Origin: Hemiscyllium ocellatum
Lineage: Eukaryota
Direction: 5' to 3'
NCBI RefSeq assembly: GCF_020745735.1
Contig: NC_083424.1
Span: 48,656,999-48,720,998 of the forward strand
DNA: 64,000 nucleotides
The number at the start of each line of letters is the position of its first letter. Within the stretch, counting starts at the first letter, position 1. The notes under the pieces are model-generated. The model was not told the DNA's origin and ran no database searches. It saw only the letters and a list, made by a program, of their open reading frames with translations. Shown piece by piece: positions 1-13,956 of the stretch. The position numbers and the translations under genes are program-made.

Positions 1-50
1 GCAATGAGGTATGGTCAATAAACGCCAGTCAGCCACATGCACATACTAGA

Positions 51-1325
51 TTAGAGTGGTGCTGGAAAAGCACAGCAAGTCAGACAGCATCCGAGGAGAA
101 GGAAAATCAACGTTTTCGGCAAAAGCCCTTCAGCTGGAATGAAGGCAGGAAGCCTCCAAGGTAGAGAGATAAATGGGGGCGGGGGTGGGTGGTGCTGGGG
201 CTGGGGACAAAGCAGCAAAGAGTGCAATAGGTAAATTGTGGTGGGGATGGAGGTGATAGGTCAGGGAGGAGGGTGGGGGAAGGTAGCAAAGAGTACAATG
301 GGTAAATGGAGGTGGGGATGAAGGTGATAGATCAGAGAGCAGGGTGGAATAGACAGGTGGGAAGGGAGATTGGCAGGTAGGGCAGATCATGAGGACAGTG
401 CTGAGCTGGAAGTTTGGAACTGGGGTAAGGTGGAGCGAGGGGAAATGAGGAAACTGGTCCACACTGATGCCCTGTGGTTGAAGTGCTCTGAGGTGGTAGA
501 TGAGGCGTTCTTCCTCCAGGTGTCGGGTGGTGAGGGAGTGGTGGCGGAGGAGGCCCAGGACTTGCATGTCCCTGGCAGAGTGGGAGGGGACATTGAAATG
601 TTAGCTCACAGGGAGATGGGTTGATTGGTGCGGGTGTCCTGGAGATGTTCCCCAAAGCACTCTGTGAGGAGGCAATGTAGGGGAGACTGTGTCAGGAGAA
701 ACTGATACAACAAATGACATTGATGGATGTGCAGGTGAAATTCTGATGGATGTGAAAGGCTCCTTTGGGGCCTTGGCTGGAGGTGAGGGAGGAGATGTGG
801 GCGCAGATTTGCAATTCCTGCTGTAGCAGGGGAAGGTGCCAGGACAGAAGGGTGGGTTGGTTGGGGCGCATGAACCTAATCAGGTAGTTTTTGCGGAATG
901 TGGAAAACGGTGGTGAGGGAAATATGTCTCTGGTGGTGGGGTCCATTTGGAGGTGACAGAAATGTCGGCGGATGATGTGGTTTATGCAAAGGTTGGTAAG
1001 TTGAAAGGTGAGGACCAGGGGGTGCTGTCCTTGTTTCGGTTGGAGAGGCGGGGTTTGAGGGCAGAGGTGCGGGATGTGGATGAGATGCATTGTAGGACAT
1101 CTTCAACCATGCGATCTCTAAAGTAGGAGGCTATCTGGTGTGTTCTGTGGTGGAACTGGTCCTCCTGTGAGCAGATACGGCAGAGGCAGAGGAATTGGGA
1201 ATACTGGATGGCATTTTTGCAGGAGGTCTGGTTGGAAGAAGTGTAATCCAGGTAGCTGTGGGAGACAGTGGGTTTGTAAACAAAGTCAGTGTCAAGTCGG
1301 TCATCATAAATGGAGATGCAGAGGT
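51..1325 (-). mobile_element. Penelope-like retroelement fragment (RT C-terminus + GIY-YIG end), degraded
   Basis: Minus-strand peptides YKPTVSHSYLDYTSS..CKNAIQYSQFL.L.RICS and LGLL...LEEERLIYHL..LQPQG; terminal agagtggtgctggaaaagcac repeat. Confidence 0.8.
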
Positions 1326-2789
1326 TCAGGATAGTGTTTTTCCCCACTGGTTACATCCCCTTTCACCTCACTGAAATTCACACTGACAATTCTTGCCTTT
1401 TGTCCCTTGCCATTTTTCACAAATAAACAAAACATGATAGTATGATTAATGATCCTTTAAAGGTCACCTTATTCCTCAGAATTAGATATTGCATGGCTCC
1501 TCTTCCTTTGCCCACGGGTGCAGGCTGGTGTAATTGGCAAACACGTGGCAAGTGTAAATTGAGGCAAAAATGTCAACTGGGGTACTCTAGTAGCAAAAAG
1601 AAAGAAGGCCCATGGAGGAGCAGAGCTACCTGGTGGAGCATGTAGGCAACTCGTTGAAGGCAGAAGAGCAGTGTGGGAAAGTCATTATTAAACTACAAGG
1701 CATAGGTTTGGGGTGAGAAGGGAAAGATTTAAAAGGGACTTAATTGGCAATTTTGTCATGTAGAGTGTGGTGCGTGTACCAAAACAGCTGGCAGAGGAAG
1801 TGTGGAGGATGGGACAGTTATAATATTTTAAGCACATCTGGATGGGTATTTGAATAGGAAGGATTTCGAGGGATATTGTTCAAGTGTCGATAAAGGGGAT
1901 TAGATTCACTCAGGACATCTTTACGACTTTGACCGAAGGGTCTGTTTCTATGCTGCACATCTCTATGGCGGTAAGACAAAAATATTAATAACAAAGGCTC
2001 CATAGACATATGCACAAAGTACAACATCAAGGTGTCACAGCGAATTTTCAAAAAACAGAACTTCATGCTCAACTAGCATTGTGCCCAGTTCTGAGTACCA
2101 CGAATTTGGAAGAATCTCAATTCACTCTGGATTGCACAGAAAACTTTATATGAATGGTTCTAGTGACGTGTGACTTCTGTTACGTGAATGGATTTAAGAA
2201 GCTGGGGTTTTTCAATGAATAGACAAATTTCAAACGAGATTGCTTTGACGCATTCGAAATGATGAGGAAATCAAAAGGGTAGCTATGGTGAAATATTGCT
2301 GCCATGAGTTAAAATCTGAAATACTATTTTTAATGTGAATTGAAAAGAAGCAAAAGTGGCATGAGAAAAACTGTATTTTATTCAATGACTGATTAAGATA
2401 TCTGCTGCAATGTTTGATATTGTGATTGATACAAATTTAATCCTAAATCTCAATAGGGAACTGGGTAACTTTTAAAGAGATGTATTTGCAAGGCTACTGG
2501 GCAAGAATGGTGCAGTCAATTCTCGCTGAGTTACTCTTGTGGACGACCTGATGGATACGATGGTCCAAATGGCCTTGTTCTGTTCTGTTATTATTCAATG
2601 ATACTCTAACATCATTGACATTGGTTATACCTGGACCCAGTTAGACATGCAACAAATTTTATGTATGCACAGAGACAGGGAAGGGGATTTTGTGGGACGA
2701 AATACAAATGAAGAACGCCTATGGCACAAGAGGGTAAATGTAAACTGACCAAGAGAAGGGAGTTGATCCAAGGCAGCTGGAATGTTAGA

Positions 2790-3047
2790 GAGGCTCGGTG
2801 TCTCGCACTATTGTCTCAGAGTGCCACGGACACAGGTGAGATTCCAATCTTGGGCAAAAGTTTGGAGTTTTAGTATTCTTCCAATGTCTGCGTGGCTTTC
2901 TTCCGTGTGCTCTAAAGATGTGCAGGCTCAGCGGAATAGCCACGGGAAATGCAAGGTTGCAAGGATAGTGTGGGATGCTCTACTGAGGGTTGGTGTGGAC
3001 TTGATGGGACGAATGGACCGTTTCCACACTAATGGGTTCTAAGATTC
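2790..3047 (+). mobile_element. Old degenerate HE1-like SINE (duplicated at ~51378-51630)
   Basis: Decayed tRNA-like head, gtctgcgtgg..ttcc..tgctc..aaagatgtgcagg body and gggttggtgtggacttgatggg..ccacact tail shared with the younger SINEs. Confidence 0.6.
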
Positions 3048-3539
3048 CACATATGGTCATACAATACAGATGAGGCTGTTGGGCTTATCAAATCGACATC
3101 ACCAAAAATAAAGTAATACATCAACTCCTCCTCCTCACCTGCACAAGTTCATGTGCTTTAATGTTATGATGATTCATCTGGGTAATTCAAGATAGAGGAC
3201 AGGAAAAAGTTGTGGCTATGAGAGCTGTTCCTTTTTTGAGGTATTTTATGCATTGGAGGTGATTTCTTGGAATTCCTGGTGCAGCAATTACTGTTCTTTA
3301 TGCTGTTGCATTGTTTTGAAACGTTGCAGGACAAAAGGTCTAAACAACGGCACTTTAAAAAAGAGGAGGACAGACAAAGCCATCATCTGACCACATCATC
3401 AGAGAAAGAAACCTATACTGCTATCTGACACAGCAGTGAATCTGCATAGTTACTGTCTTTGCTGCTTGAGTTCAAGTATCTCTGGACATTGGAGTGCATC
3501 CAGGAAACATTAACATACAGCAAAATTGACAGCTGATTA

Positions 3540-6310
3540 TGGAGAATCATTGTGGGAGAGCTCACAGCACAGGAACTGGTAAGTGCATCGTTTACAAGGA
3601 TAGCCTTGGTGTAAATCTACAATAGTGAGAAGAATGGTTTCCTTCTTGATTATGTGTTTTATTTAGATCTCTGTCTCATTTAACTTTTAGAAGTATAATC
3701 CAGAAGTATGAAGTTAGGCTGGAGCATTTTCTTAGCGCAATAAGATGATGTCATTTTCTGGGTCTGTAGATTGTAAAGGTGGCCTTTTCGGAGAGAAATG
3801 TACTCTTGCTATCAGATATGGGAAATTAGGGAGAGTTCCCATGTTGCTAATGATTATGTATGCGGAAGTATCTTTGGTTGCAAATCTTATCACATGGCAT
3901 GGATCAGGTGAAGCATCAGTTAGAGGCAATAAGAAATTTACTAGAGCTAGGAGATGTACTGGATGGCAGTTATAGGAAAGGCGAAAAGCTGCAGATACAA
4001 TCAGGCAGATGGGTTAACTCCAGGAAAGGTAGGAGGGAGTGAGAGGCAGTGCAGGAGTCTGCAGGGGTGATCTACATCTCAAACAAGTATGCTGTTTTGG
4101 AAAATGCAGGGGGGCGGGGTGGAGGTGATGGACTCTCAGTGGAATGTAACACGAACAGCTAAGTTTCTGGTCCTGAGAATGGCTCTAATTTAATGAAGGA
4201 TACGTCGGGTTCCAAGCAATCGATTATGGTAGGGGGTTGGCTAGTCAGAGGCACAGACAGATGTCTCTGCGGTCAGCTGTGAAAAATCAGAGTGTTGTGT
4301 TACCTCGCTGTTGTCATGATCAAGGATATCTCAGAGAGGGTACAGAACGTTCTCAACCTGGACAGGGACCAGCAGGTGGTCGCTATACACATGGGAACTA
4401 ACGACTTAGGAAGGGAAAAGAATGAGATTTTGAAGGGAGAATGTAGAAAGTTTGGCAGGAATTTAAAAAGGATGTCCTCGAGTGTAGTAATATCTGGATG
4501 ACTCCTGGTTCTATGAGCAAGTGAGAGTAAGAATAGGATGATAGAGTAGATGAATTCATGGCTGAGGAAGTGGTGCAGGGAAGAAGGGTTCACATTTTTG
4601 GAACACTGGAATTTCTTCGGGACAGAAGTGACTTGAAGAAGAATGGACTGCATCTGAATTGCCAGGGGAGAAATGTATACTGGCAGGGAGAGTTGGTAGA
4701 GCTACTCTGGAGAATGTAAACCAGTAAGTTGTGGGTAGGGTGGGGCGGAAAATAGTGAGGAAAGACATCAATTTCAGATTGGGACAGTTGGGAAACGGAG
4801 TGAGTCAAACAGTCAGGGCAGGCAGCAACAAAGCAGAGAGCAAGGTATGACAGATTAATTAAACTGCATTTATTTCAATGAAAGAAGCCTAACCGGTGAG
4901 ACAGATGAACTCAGGGAAAGGTTAGGAACATGGGACTAGGATATCATAGCAATTACACAGACGTGGCTCAGGGATGGACAGGGCTGGCAGCTAAATGTTC
5001 CAGAATACAATGCTATAGCAATGATAGAAAGGGGAGCAAGAGAGGACGAGTGATAATATTTTTGTTAAGGGATAGAATTTGGGTGGCTCCGAGAAATACG
5101 AAAGGAATAGTCGCATTATTTGGATTATATTATAGACTCCACCCCCCCTCCCCCCAGGAGTCTGCAAAACATTGAGAAACACATTTGTAAGGAGATGTCA
5201 CTTATCAGTTCGAACAATAGGGTGGTTATGGTAGGCGATTTTAACTTTCCAAATATAGACTGGGACTGCCACAGTGTTTAGGGTTTAGATGGAGAACAAT
5301 TTATTAAATGTGTACAAGAAAATGTTTTGATTCAATATGTGGATGTACCTAGTAGAGAAACTGCAAAACCTGACATACTCTTGGGAAATAAGGCAGGGCA
5401 GGTGACCGAGGTGTCAGATGTGGAGCACTTTGGGGCCAACGACCATATGTCTATTACTTTTCAAATAACAATGGAAAAGCATGGACTGGATCAAAGAGTT
5501 GCAGTTCTAAATTGGAAGAACGCCAATTTTGGTGATATTGGGATCGAACTTTCAAACCTTGACTGGGAGCAGACATTCAAAGGTATTAGGGATAAAATGG
5601 TAACTAGGAAGTGAATATGGTGGTTCAAAGCAAGACAGCCTTTGTGTGGACCCAGAAGAGATGAGGTTGTTACTAAACGAGTATTTTGAATCAGTGTTTA
5701 CTACAGAAAAGATACAGAATGTGGGGCAACAGATGATGATATCTTGAGAAATGTCCATTTTACGAGAAAGAGGTGTTGGATGTTTTAAAATGCATAAAAG
5801 TAGACAAATCTCCAGGACCTGATCAGGCATACCCTAGAACTCTATAGGAAGCTAGTGAAGTGATTGCTGGATCCCTTGCTGAGATATTTGCTTCATCGAT
5901 AGTCACAGGTGAGGTGCCAGAAAACTGGAAGTTGGCTAACATGGTGCCACTATTTAAGAAAGGTAGTAAGGAAAAGCCTTACTACTGAAATCGATGGTGG
6001 GCAAGTTGTTGGAGGGAATCCTGAGGGACAGTGGTGGGCAAGATGTTGGTGGAAATCCTGAGGGACAGGATTTACATGCATTTGGAAAGGCAAGGACTGA
6101 TTAGGGGTAGTCAACATGGCTTTGTGCATAGGAAATCATTTCTGACGAACTTGATTGAGTTTTTTGAATAGGCAACAAACATGGATGACGGCAGAGTGGT
6201 GGACATGATCTGTATGGATTTAAATCTGTCTGACGAACTTGATTGAGTTTTTTGAATAGGTAACAAACATGGATGACGGCAGAGTGGTGGACATGATATG
6301 TATGGATAAT
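3540..6310 (+). mobile_element. CR1-clade LINE, degraded (ORF1 esterase, endonuclease, start of RT)
   Basis: VVAIHMGTNDLG (SGNH-type ORF1), VVMVGDFNFPNIDW (APE), DKSPGPD and SQHGF RT motifs, many stops. Confidence 0.8.
6141..6307 (+). repeat. 88-bp tandem duplication inside CR1, copy A only
   Basis: tctgacgaacttgattgag...tgtatggat starts at 6141 and again at 6229. Confidence 0.85.
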
Positions 6311-9159
6311 CAACAACCCTGAGGGTTCACATCAGAGGATGAGCCTAGGTTTTCAGGAGATATCAACAATATCAAACATGTCATATTGCTGACTTTTTAA
6401 AATGTATTTCATTTGTTATGTTAAGGGAAACAGGCAAATAATTAGTCTACATTTCAGAGCAAAGTTCAAGCAAGGAAGGGTCTGTAATTTTCCAAGACTG
6501 TCGATTCCCTAAATGTGGCAATTGATCGCTTGCATGTTGCTTTGCAAATTCTGATTAAAAAACAACCTCAACGATCTCAGCAGGTGGACCTTTCAATCTC
6601 AAAATGTTCGCATTACAGATGCTTCATCATTTTCTTTGGCAAGGCGAATGCTGTGTAGTGATTTGATAAAAGTTTTCAAAATCATGAAGTGTCGTACAGA
6701 ACTAATAATGCGAAATACTTTCACTTGCAAAAATGCCGAAAACCACAGGGCACCATCTTAAAGTGTTTTGCAAAAGAAAGAAACGAGATGCAAAGAAACT
6801 AAAACCCATTCACACAGCAAATAGTCGTAGAGTCATAGACATCTACAGCACAGAAAAGGTCCTTCAGCCGATTGAGTCTCTACCTGTGAAATGATCCACC
6901 TGCTTTTATCTCATTTAGCAGCATATGGCCTGTAGCCTTATATGCTTTGGCATCACTAGTGTGCCATCTAAATACTTAAATGATACGAGGTTTTCGGTTT
7001 CTGACATCCTTACAGGCAGTGAGTTCCAGATTCCCACCAACCTCAGAATGAAACAAAATATTTTCTCAGATTTCCTCTAAACCTCCTGCCTCTTAGCGTG
7101 TTTGAGATGGACTGTCTGCAATTTTGTGGAAACAGGCTTGACTGAAACATTCAAGAGGACATTGTTTGTTAATTTAAGTAGAAGGAATGAGCAGGGAAAA
7201 CGTGGTAAGGGAATGGCAAGCACTAAGTCAAAATGCCCAGACAGCCAAAGGCAGACACCATTGGTTGAATGGCTTCCTCCTACACCATTCCTATGCTGCA
7301 GTCCATAGTATATGAAATATCATTCAGATAATTATTCGTGATAATACACAACGTGGTGAAAATTGTTGCAATACTTCTTGAATTTTTTGGAACAAGCTTC
7401 ACACAACTCATTTACTCTTTACATTTGGCATTAGGCATTTGAGTGACAAAGTCTGTTTTATGCATTCCTATTTTATTGTATCAAAACCAACAATGCGTCG
7501 TGGCGGTAATGCATTCTCTTTCAAGATGCACGACAGGAACTCTTAAAGGTTCCAACAACAGCAGCTCCCAAGTCACATATTGCTCACATTAGAACCAAAA
7601 AAAGGAAGGCGTGAAGGAACAGCATCATCTGCAAGTTTCCCTCCAAGTCGCGGTTGTGATTTTAGAGCTACACATGCAGGTTAAAGGAAAATGTGATCGC
7701 CATTGTGCAATGCCCTAAGTTAGAATTTGCCCGAAAATCTGCAAAAGTAGTTGACCAATAAGTTTGCCAAGAGACAGTCTAAGATGGCAGAGGGTTTTAG
7801 TGCCCAATGCTATCTTGATTCCACTGGTAAGTGCAAATGAGTACCTTCTGGTAATTGTGGACAGACGTGTGTAAGTCAAGTGGCAGTGTTACCCCCCCAA
7901 CCCCCCTTCAGCTGACAGTCCTATTCGACTGATATAAATTAATAGTTTTGATGATGATGCTCGCACAAACATTTGTATTTCTCAGCCAACTTGATTCTAT
8001 GCTATTGAATGCTATCACTCAATGCTACCACTCCCAGTGTTTCTTTTGATCTTGAGTGCGATCTCATTTTTCTGCTGGCTGCTTAATATTTTGGAGCTGT
8101 CAATTAATTGAATCATGCATTGCCTTTTTCTCTGGATTCCTCCATATGACGCTGAGGTATAAAGACATTACTGTCATTACAACGCTCTGCACTCTAATTC
8201 CTAACTGGGCCAGCATCCTTCACTGTTTTCATTGGATTCACGTTGTTGATTACTCCTCTGCGTACGCAACGATCGAGGAAACCTTACTGGTCCAATCACC
8301 AGGAATTTCCAGGAGTCACTGGATGTTCCAAGAAGCTGGACCATAAAGGATTAATGTAATCCTGTTGGTTACACACGATAATCGTGCAATTTATGAAAGA
8401 GCATTTAGGACCCAGAGAAATTCACGAACTACGTTACATAGTCTTGTTAGGACGTCAGTTCTTTGCTACAACTCCTGTGCACTTTCCCAATTTGACAAGC
8501 AGACATTTAATTGTCAGTGTCAATACAATAAGCTAAAAAAAACCCAGCATTTTCTGGAGTCCAAAGTACTATGCCCATTGTGCAAGGGTAATGGTGACAG
8601 AATCTTAACGCCATTGATTTAACAATCCATCGGCTCAAGACAAGTTTCTGCCAACAGAGTTCAAATCCCGACAACGTACCTTCTTGTGGAATTACAACTC
8701 AATTGGTAAACTCTCGAACTGAAAATATCATTGATAGTTGGGAACACATGTCTATTACAATAATATCCTCCAGAGAAGGAAAACCTATCTGGTTTGGCCT
8801 ACTCGTGAAACCAGATCTATGGAAATGCGGTGTGTTCTCAGCAACCGAATGAAATAGCTGAACAATCGATTAGGGATTGTTCTCTTCCCAATAAAGAATA
8901 AGTAAATAAAATGTACAAAATTGTCATTAGGTTCACGATAGCCTTGAATGCCCGTTCTTTCTGAATTTCTGTCTATTAAACAGCTGGCTTACATCACAAA
9001 CGAAGGAGCATATCACCTTCTCCTCATCTATCAGCTGGTAAGCGCTGACGATCTCTAGCTGCAATATGGTATCCGGCCACTAGGTGGTAATATTGTATCA
9101 TATATGTTTTAGATTAGATTAAATTCCCTACAGTGCGGAAACAGGCCTTTACATTTTTT

Positions 9160-9473
9160 AGATTAGACTAGACTTACAGTGTGGAAACAGGCCCTTCGGC
9201 CCAACAAGTCCACACCGACCTGCCGAAGCGCAACCCACCCATACCCCTACATTTACCCCTTACCTAACACTATGGGCAATTTAGCTTGGCCAATTCACCT
9301 GACCCGCACATCTTTGTGACTGTGGGAGGAAACCGGAGCACCCGGAGGAAACCCACGCAGACACGGGGAGAACGTGCAAACTCCACACAGTCAATCGCCT
9401 GAGTCGGGAATTGAACCCGAGTCTACAGGCGCTGTGAGGCAGCAGTGCTAACCACTGTGCCACCGTGCCGCCC
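9160..9473 (-). mobile_element. HE1-type SINE, full length, nested in an older SINE tail; present only in copy A
   Basis: Minus strand reads gggcggcacggtggcacagtggttagcactgctgcctcacagcgcc (tRNA-like A box) to an (aatct)n-like tail; absent at the equivalent position ~58395. Confidence 0.88.
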
Positions 9474-10600
9474 AAATGTTTTTTATAACACTCCCCAATA
9501 TGCCCCATACCCCTCAGATTAGATTAGACTTACAGTGTGGAAACAGGCCCTTCGGCCCAACAAGTCCACACCGACCCTCCATGTTTGTCAAGGGTATGTG
9601 AAAGATCTCTTTGAAAATCCTCCTGTAAAATGCATACCATTTACAATGTCCAAACCACGAAAATAGCACATTTATATTAAGACTAGCTATAATTCTTTAC
9701 TTAAACTTTTTGATGTTTCATGAATTGTCCACAGCTCCGTTGCTTAAATTTGGTCCATAAAACCTCAAAGATACCTAAAACATGTGTTAGACCGCATGAC
9801 ATTGAATCAATAAGTAACGATGAGACATTAGTACCACCTTGCGTGTTCAACAATTCATTATTACATTGTATCGGAAGTTGCAGAGTTTCGACGTCAAATG
9901 TCCAATATGATCGTATCATCTCTACGCTTGCTCGCTAATTATTACTCCTTCATTAATAAGCGCAATAATATACTTCAATGGGAGCTAACTGGTGTATTTT
10001 GATATTAAACGTTGCCCCATATTGCTAACTCCATTCACAGGTACCAGTTAATGTTTTAAAGAGAGCACATTTGGCAATTGCACATTCATAACGGAAGCGT
10101 TGACCCATCTTCACTGCCACCGTGCTAAGTGGGAGGATTTTGAATACTTTCAGTAACCCAAGACTGAGCAGTCGTGAGACATTATGTCCTTTCGTCAGCA
10201 GCAAAATCGTATTCAACAAAAATCTTTAACTTCTGGTCTACCATATCCCTTACTCAGCCATTACCATCAATTCTGTTTCAATGCAGAACGTGGAAGACCA
10301 AACCCGGAGCAGCACCATACATATTTAAAATTAAAACATCAGCATGGTGAAGTTACAACACAGAATTACTTGCATACCAACTAACTGAAACGGCATGTGA
10401 TGAACCAACAATGGATCAGATGCAAATTCTGCCGTCCTGCCACTATCAATTGTGAATGGTAGTGGACTGTTAAACAATTCAGTGGACGGAAAGGCTGATC
10501 AACTATTCCCAATGTTCTGGATGTAAGGTTCATCACTGCGTTGGAAGGTTAGCTTTCAGACCTTTCGCCACCATACTGGATAACATCATCAGTGAGCACA

Positions 10601-10654
10601 CCACCCCCACCCCCCCCCCCCCCCACCTCCCCTCCCCCTCCCCCCTTCCCTCCC
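10601..10654. repeat. C-rich low-complexity run (G-quadruplex-prone on the minus strand)
   Basis: Multiple C4-C14 runs; shorter version at ~59460-59492. Confidence 0.7.
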
Positions 10655-10809
10655 AGTGAAACGCTGGTTTTACGTCCCACTTTCTTTTTATGCATTTAGG
10701 TTTGCTTGGGTTGGTGATATCATTTCCTGTGTTGAAATCAAACCTTCCGGCTCAGTGAGCAAACTTACATCCAGAAACTCAACCTGAGCTACAAATCTAC
10801 TTAGAACTC

Positions 10810-12480
10810 ACTAATTTCCAATCTTACTGTTAAAAGAGCCCATGCATCAGTGTAACAGAGAAGGCTGAAGCATTTGCAACAATCTTCAGTCAATAGTGCC
10901 ATGTTGGCAATCCAACTTGGCCTCCTTCAAAGGTTCCCAGCATCACAGATCCCAGTCTTCAGCCTCTTCAATTCACCCTACGTGATTTTAAGAAACGATT
11001 GATGGCACTAGATATTGAAACTGCTATTGACACTGTCAACATTCCTGCGATAGTACAGGAGAGTTGTGCTCCAGAGCTGGCTGTACACCGACGCAAGCAA
11101 TTCCTGAGCAGTTGCAGTTCTGGCATCCAGTTAACAACGTGGAAAATCACCTGATCCACAGGGATAAGTGCAGAACGAATCCAACACAATCGAAGTCCAA
11201 GCAATTTACTCTCAGTCATCAGAAAAGTGATGGAAAGAGTCATCGACAGTATTAGCAAAGGATACCTGATTCGCATTAAGCTGCAGATTGACACTTGGTT
11301 TCTGTAGGATACTTTCAGCTCAATTTCGTGCCAGGAGGCCTGGGTTCAAGTTCCGTTTGCTCTAGACCTGTATAATAACATCGAAGGAGAGATTAATTAG
11401 AATGCATTTAAAAAATCGGTTTCAGTTCGATCACATGGGCACTGATCTTATTGCAACCGAGTCATAAACATGGCCAGAAAACCTGAACTTGAGAGGGGGA
11501 GTGAGAGTAAGTATCTCTGATATCGAGACAACATTTGGTCCATTCCTCCAATAAATCTAGAAATGGGCAGAAAACTCTCAGTCATTTTAGGTCATATCTA
11601 ACACAAAGACCAACGGTTGTGCTGCTGGGCGATCAATAGTCTCAATTCCAGACATCTCTGAGGAGTTCCTCAGTAGTTCCTCCAAGTCCTACTGTAGGCC
11701 CAAACAACTTCCATTGCTTCATTAATGACCTTACTTCTAGCTTGAAGCTATAAATGTGGATGTTCAATGATAATTTCACAATGTTCAACACCCAACTCAC
11801 ACAACGTCTCAAATACTGATACGTGTCCATATGTACCAAGATCCAACCAAATGATAATTGGCAAGAGACATTCACAGAGCAGCAATGCCAGGAAGTGACA
11901 TTTCCCACTTATTCAATAATCTGTTGAATGCCGTTAACCATAAATTGAACTGGACAAACTGTGGCTATAAGAGTAACTCAGAACCTCGGAAATTTGCAGC
12001 AATTAACTCATCTCCTAACTCCCAAAATCTGCCAACCATTCACAAAGCACGAGGCAGGCATTTATGGAATGCTCTCGATTTGCGTGGATAAGTGAAGGCT
12101 CAATAGCACTCAAGAAGCTCCATGCCATCCAGAAAAAGCGACCTGTTTGACTGGCACTTCATTCAGTATCTCCAAATTGCACACATCTAACCACAGATGA
12201 TCAGGGACAGCATTGTCCATCATCTACCAGATGCACTGCAGTGACCCATCAAGGCTCCGTCGTCAGCACCTTGCAGAACAGATGTCTCAATCATTCAGAA
12301 GACCTAGAAGATTAAGGCCAGCATATGCATCGAAATATCACAAGCTGCAAGATTTCCTCTGTGTCAAACCAATCCTAAATTGGAACTATCTATCGCTGTA
12401 TCAAAGTCCTGATCTCCCTTCCCAATAACACTGTGGGTATATCTACATCACCAGCTCCCTTTATCCAACTCCCACAACCA
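10810..12480 (+). mobile_element. Old CR1-like LINE fragments (duplicated at ~59660-61310)
   Basis: Decayed RT-region sequence (gaagcatttgcaacaatcttcagtc, ggagttcctcag..gtcct..ggcccaa..cttc..tgcttcattaatgacctt), split by a short SINE-like insert near 11320-11400. Confidence 0.55.
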
Positions 12481-13467
12481 CATAAAGAACATTGTTTGAA
12501 GGAGATGACTCACCAACCCCTCGGCGAAAGTGAGCACTGCAGATGCTGGAGATTAGAGTCAAGTGTATGGTGCTGGAAAGGCACAAGTCAGGCAGCATCC
12601 GAGGAGCAGGAAAATCGACGTTTGAGGCCTTTAATCAGCATCACCTTGTCAAGAGAAATTGGGAACATGCGATAATGCTTGGCTTATTCATTAGTGCATA
12701 TCTCCCCCCGAAAGTGTGGATATGTTTGTTTTATATATGTGTGTATGTTTGTTTGTGTGCATACACACATCATAAAGATTTACTAAGTACACATGAAGAA
12801 CTGCAGAAATGCAAAACATTTATCCCTGTTCAGCAAAAAAAATGTATCTGACATCTACAGGCTAAACAGCTAAACGTCAGCAGTTGGAAAACATTTGGTA
12901 ACACCAGTTTGGCATAGCATTCTTAGGCACGCGGCAAAATCGGGATTTATGGGTGAAAACCAACAAGGACTTATTAAAGCGAAATTGTGTTTAACAAGCT
13001 TGATTTAGTGAAACGCTAAGGAAAGTTTCTGAATAGTGAGCATTTGATGATTGTGACTGGAGTTGTAAACATACCGTTTCACTGAGTACTGTGTAATAAA
13101 CGTGGTAGCTAAAATGAACTGAATTCGCTTACAGGGGAGCTGTTCAATATTTAACTAAACGACAAAAATCAGAGAACCATGGTAAGTGGTTTTTTTCTCA
13201 GGCTTGCGTCAGCATGTGCTGCTCTAACTCCAGAAATGAGTGATGAAGTAATTGTGCTCCTGTCCTAATGGACTGTTGGCGTGGAAATGCGGGCATTTTT
13301 TAAAAAAGAAATTAGTTACAGACGACAATAACTCAGAATTACTGAAAATCTTGAGGAAAATGATTACATTTTCCCACAAGACAGAAAAACGACTAGGCAC
13401 ATGGCAAACGAAATTTAACAACGTGAGGTAAGAATTAATTTTGATAGAAATTATGAAAACAAAATGA

Positions 13468-13853
13468 ATGCAAATGTAACTGAACTATTTCCATTATTCC
13501 AACCGTTAGGACAATCAGTCCTGAACTAACTTCGCCTTCCTGCATATGTATAAATAAAACCTATTTAAGTAACTTGTTCTTCGCCTGGACCTCATTGCTA
13601 ATTCCCCAGTTAACACTGTTTTTGCTTTCCTTTATGTTCTTCGGGCTTCTGAACTACAAGCATAACACCATCTAATCTTCGTTCCTAACTGTGCCCCATC
13701 TTTTGTTACGCTGGATTCAATCATTCTTGTGTCATAATCTATGACTTTGGCAAATTGTTTCTCTTTTCTAAAAATAAGACTGCAATGCGTTTATGCAAAT
13801 CCTATCTGAGGCTTGGTCCTGTTGGCCGATATCACGTGGTTGTAGATTTGCAT
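13468..13853 (+). promoter_or_regulatory. Ig promoter of cluster A: three octamers and an E-box
   Basis: ATGCAAAT 13468-13475, ATGCAAAT 13793-13800, CACGTG 13833-13838, ATTTGCAT 13846-13853; all four are retained in cluster B. Confidence 0.8.
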
Positions 13854-13956
13854 GAATCATTAAAATTCAGTAATTTTCCTGGTTTGCAGGTACTTAATGG
13901 AGGTATTGGAAAGATCCCAGCAACACGTTGATGCCCCAACCAGTAGAACCTTCACC

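Noticed and set aside
9400-9473. tRNA genes at SINE heads (also ~20070-20138 and ~54791-54860)
   Set aside because: tRNA-derived promoter boxes continue straight into SINE bodies; no complete cloverleaf seen
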